DNA of 27,623 nucleotides from an uncultured Candidatus Saccharibacteria bacterium (GTDB lineage Bacteria > Patescibacteriota > Minisyncoccia > Phycocordibacterales > PALSA-1337): positions 1 through 27,623 of the forward strand of contig CAZVXQ010000001.1 in assembly GCA_964630815.1 (NCBI GenBank), written 5' to 3'. Made by a program: the position numbers and the translations under genes. The notes beneath the pieces are model-generated. The model searched no databases, was not told where the DNA came from, and saw only the letters and a program-made list of their open reading frames with translations. Every line of letters starts with the position of its first letter. The stretch's first letter is position 1. Positions 25,241 to 27,623 of this stretch are shown here, piece by piece.

Positions 25241-25581
25241 CATATTCAATTGTGGTCTAATTATATGATGTTATTGAGGTATCAGCAACATTGACTTCAC
25301 ATACAACAGAGCTACACTTATAGCAGGATTCAGATTAGAAAGGACTTTGACTTTTTAAGCACGCCACTCTTAAAAAATTATATTCAAAAATTTCTATCTA
25401 TATCTACTCGTGGCAAAAAATATTTACCCTATAATTAAGTTATAAAAAAAATAATATCCAAAGGGAGTCATTGTGATATTTTGCTCATAAAAGTTAGTAG
25501 ACCTTATCGTTAGGTCTGCTTTTTGCCGTGTCCAAACGGCGAGCTTTCTTTCTAACCTGTATCCCAACAGGTGCTTTTTGA

Positions 25582-25666
25582 TATGACCATGTGTGCGGGG
25601 CGTTTCGCACCGACCTCTTGAGAGGCGGGGCGGAACGCCCCGCCGTCAGGCTTGATTATGGTCATA
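25582..25666 (+). other. Candidate double-strand origin (dso) for rolling-circle replication
   Basis: A 9-bp outer IR TATGACCAT/ATGGTCATA encloses GC-rich hairpins; GGCGGGGCG-GAA-CGCCCCGCC is followed by CTTGATTA (25651-58), just before rep. Confidence 0.6.
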
Positions 25667-25670
25667 CATA

Positions 25671-26495
25671 ATGAGAATGGATAATAAATATGTAAAACTA
25701 GTGTTCTCTGGCTCTCGTATCGAAACATACGAGCATGATAGGCCGTTAATGCCTCGTTTTCAGCCTGAAGATGGTATTAAACGTGTTCGAGCAAAGATTG
25801 AAGTAACTGATGAAGAAAGCAGACAGAGAAAGGAGGAGGCTAGGAATAAAGCTGTCTACAAGGCTCGTACTGACCTTACAAGGCTGATTTACGCTAATGC
25901 ATGGCATTGGTTCGACTCTGATGGCAAGCCTTACCTGCCCGTTTTCATTACCCTTACTTTCCGTGATGATATTCGTGATTTGAAGCAGGCTAACCATGCC
26001 TTTTCTAATTTTATTAAGCGTCTTAATTTTCGTATCGGTGAATCAAAAGCCAGTATCTTGAAGTATGTCGTTGTGCCTGAATTCCAAGACCTTCATCGTG
26101 GCGGTGTCGTTCACTATCATGCACTCTTTTTCAATCTTCCGTTTATTTGGAAGAGTGAGCTAGAGGAAGTATGGGACGAGGGCTATGCCAAAATCCGAAA
26201 GATAGACAATCTTGATAAGGCTGTTGGATATGTCTGCAAATATATTGCAAAGAAATTTGATGACCATCGCCTTGACGGCCAAAAACGATTTTCTCCTAGT
26301 AGAGATTTACTCAGGCCTTTTGTTTCTAGGGATAGAGGCATGCTTGGCTATGTCAAAGATATTCCGAAAAATTGCACTATAAAAGTTCAGGAGTACGACA
26401 GCCACTACCTCGGCCATGTTAAATATACGCAGATTCAATTGAAAAAGGGCGAATCAATTGGAGATTACATTTCTGTACCTGAAAATTTCCAATGA
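25671..26495 (+). CDS. HUH-superfamily rolling-circle replication initiator (Rep)
   Basis: Motif 1 FITLTF, motif 2 VHYHALFF (preceded by EFQD..RGG), motif 3 YVCKYIAK with two tyrosines. Confidence 0.88.
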   Translation: MRMDNKYVKLVFSGSRIETYEHDRPLMPRFQPEDGIKRVRAKIEVTDEESRQRKEEARNKAVYKARTDLTRLIYANAWHWFDSDGKPYLPVFITLTFRDDIRDLKQANHAFSNFIKRLNFRIGESKASILKYVVVPEFQDLHRGGVVHYHALFFNLPFIWKSELEEVWDEGYAKIRKIDNLDKAVGYVCKYIAKKFDDHRLDGQKRFSPSRDLLRPFVSRDRGMLGYVKDIPKNCTIKVQEYDSHYLGHVKYTQIQLKKGESIGDYISVPENFQ

Positions 26496-26677
26496 TAAGC
26501 CTTGAAGAATTAAAAAAGATTGACCCTGCTTTGCAAAAATATTCTGACAAGGAATTGCTAAAAATCCGTGCCCTGCTCTACTCTGCTGGCCAGTTGGCGA
26601 TTGAAAGCTATGTTGCCAGTAAAAGCGGTTCCAAATATCCCAGTGGGGATAAGAAAAAGATTGACGATATGGTGTAG
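26492..26677 (+). CDS. 61-aa helical protein between Rep and recombinase (candidate RDF)
   Basis: ATGA overlap with the rep stop; ends 9 nt before the recombinase ATG. Confidence 0.65.
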   Translation: MISLEELKKIDPALQKYSDKELLKIRALLYSAGQLAIESYVASKSGSKYPSGDKKKIDDMV

Positions 26678-26686
26678 GATACTTAC

Positions 26687-27623
26687 ATGAACGAAACTGC
26701 CCTCAAAACAGGAATAATCTATTGTCGAGTATCTTCTCTAGAACAGGTAGACGGCACGAGCCTTGAATCTCAAGAAAAGATTTGTCGTGAGTATGCACAG
26801 AAAGAAAATATCGCTGTGCTGAAAATTTTTATCGAGAAAGGCGAATCTGCAAAAAGCGCAGAGCGTACCGAGTTTATGAAAGCTATCGCCTTCTGCTCCT
26901 CAAAGAAAAATGCCGTCAATTGCTTCATTGTCTACAAGCTAGACCGCTTCGCCAGAAACCAAGTAGACCACATCACTGTCCGTGAGACATTGAAAAAATA
27001 TAACACTGAATTGAAGTCTGTTACCGAACCGATAAGCGACACACCTGTCGGTAAGATGATGGAATCCATGCTCTCCGCTTTTGCCGAGTTTGATAACAAT
27101 GTCCGCACTGAAAGAAGCGTTAATGGTATGAAAGAACGCTTGAAGCAAGGCATATGGGTTTGGCAGTCTCCTCTGGGCTATTACCGCACCGAGAAAGGGG
27201 CTAATCTCACCCCTGACCCTCATTTTGCCCCTTACATACGTACAGTCTTCGAGGAGTACGGCAAAGGCACATACACCTACGAATCATTGGCTAACTACAT
27301 GAATGGCAAAGGCTTCATCACCAGAAGCGGCAAACAAGCTATTCCTCAACTCATCGAGAAAATTATTAGAAATCCGCTTTATTGCGGAATAATCAAAGTC
27401 TGGGAAATGGAATATCAAGGAAAATTTGAGCCTATCATAAGCGAGGAACTGTTCGACCAGTGCAATGGCAAGAAGAAATCAAAGAACCTGATACGCAAGG
27501 CTAACAACCCAGACTTTCCGCTTCGCCGTCTCGTCTTGTGCGGAATATGCCATAAGCCTCTTACAGGTAGTCGTGCGACAGGAAGACATGGCAAGAAATT
27601 TCCATATTACCACCACCATAAGC
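26687..27623 (+). CDS. Large serine recombinase, 3' end outside the window (missing from the ORF track)
   Basis: MNETALKTGIIYCRVSSLEQVDGTSLESQ catalytic motif; VYKLDRFARN; AEFDNNVRTER; recombinase domain (PLGY…IRNPLYCG…EPIISEELF); zinc ribbon LCGICHKPLTG. Confidence 0.93.
   Translation, partial: MNETALKTGIIYCRVSSLEQVDGTSLESQEKICREYAQKENIAVLKIFIEKGESAKSAERTEFMKAIAFCSSKKNAVNCFIVYKLDRFARNQVDHITVRETLKKYNTELKSVTEPISDTPVGKMMESMLSAFAEFDNNVRTERSVNGMKERLKQGIWVWQSPLGYYRTEKGANLTPDPHFAPYIRTVFEEYGKGTYTYESLANYMNGKGFITRSGKQAIPQLIEKIIRNPLYCGIIKVWEMEYQGKFEPIISEELFDQCNGKKKSKNLIRKANNPDFPLRRLVLCGICHKPLTGSRATGRHGKKFPYYHHHK

Larger units (their letters stand above)
21405..27623. mobile_element. Integrative rolling-circle element (HUH Rep plus large serine recombinase) carrying R-M cargo; right end lies outside the window
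   Basis: att-like tRNA fragment at the left edge, then repressor switch, R-M, dso, Rep and recombinase in sequence. Confidence 0.75.

Noticed and set aside
26932-27223. Minus-strand ORFs of 73 and 94 aa
   Set aside because: Antisense shadows of the serine recombinase, which the track missed because it lacks a stop in the window.
1-27623. Retron, DGR or group II intron
   Set aside because: No reverse transcriptase motif (YxDD) in any long ORF and no TR/VR pair noticed.

Overview
This AT-rich bacterial window reads in the standard genetic code. Its gene content (N-methylphenylalanine pilins, giant secreted proteins ending in peptidoglycan-binding repeats, largely SD-less starts) suggests a Patescibacteria/Parcubacteria (CPR) chromosome; that assignment is inference. 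The left part (1-17.3 kb) is chromosomal. It holds an O-antigen-ligase/TPR membrane protein, RNase P RNA (rnpB), a sugar nucleotidyltransferase, a class II ribonucleotide reductase with ATP cone, DUF192 and DUF1761 proteins, and two very large modular secreted carbohydrate-active proteins (an SGNH esterase and a clan GH-A hydrolase) flanking a pilin. The middle (17.4-21.4 kb) is a decayed island bounded by a perfect 36-bp direct repeat whose right copy overlaps a tRNA-like 3' end. The right part (21.4 kb to window end) looks like an integrative rolling-circle element. It carries a GC-rich sso-like palindrome, DUF3892 and a small HTH gene facing an S24 (LexA/cI-like) repressor, and a type II R-M pair. 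It also carries an unannotated ~77-nt cloverleaf/attenuator RNA resembling phage P1 C4 / P4 CI immunity RNAs, a cruciform dso with a CTTG|ATTA nick-like site, an HUH Rep, a small candidate RDF and a large serine recombinase truncated by the window edge. All calls come from reading the sequence; no searches or folding programs were run.
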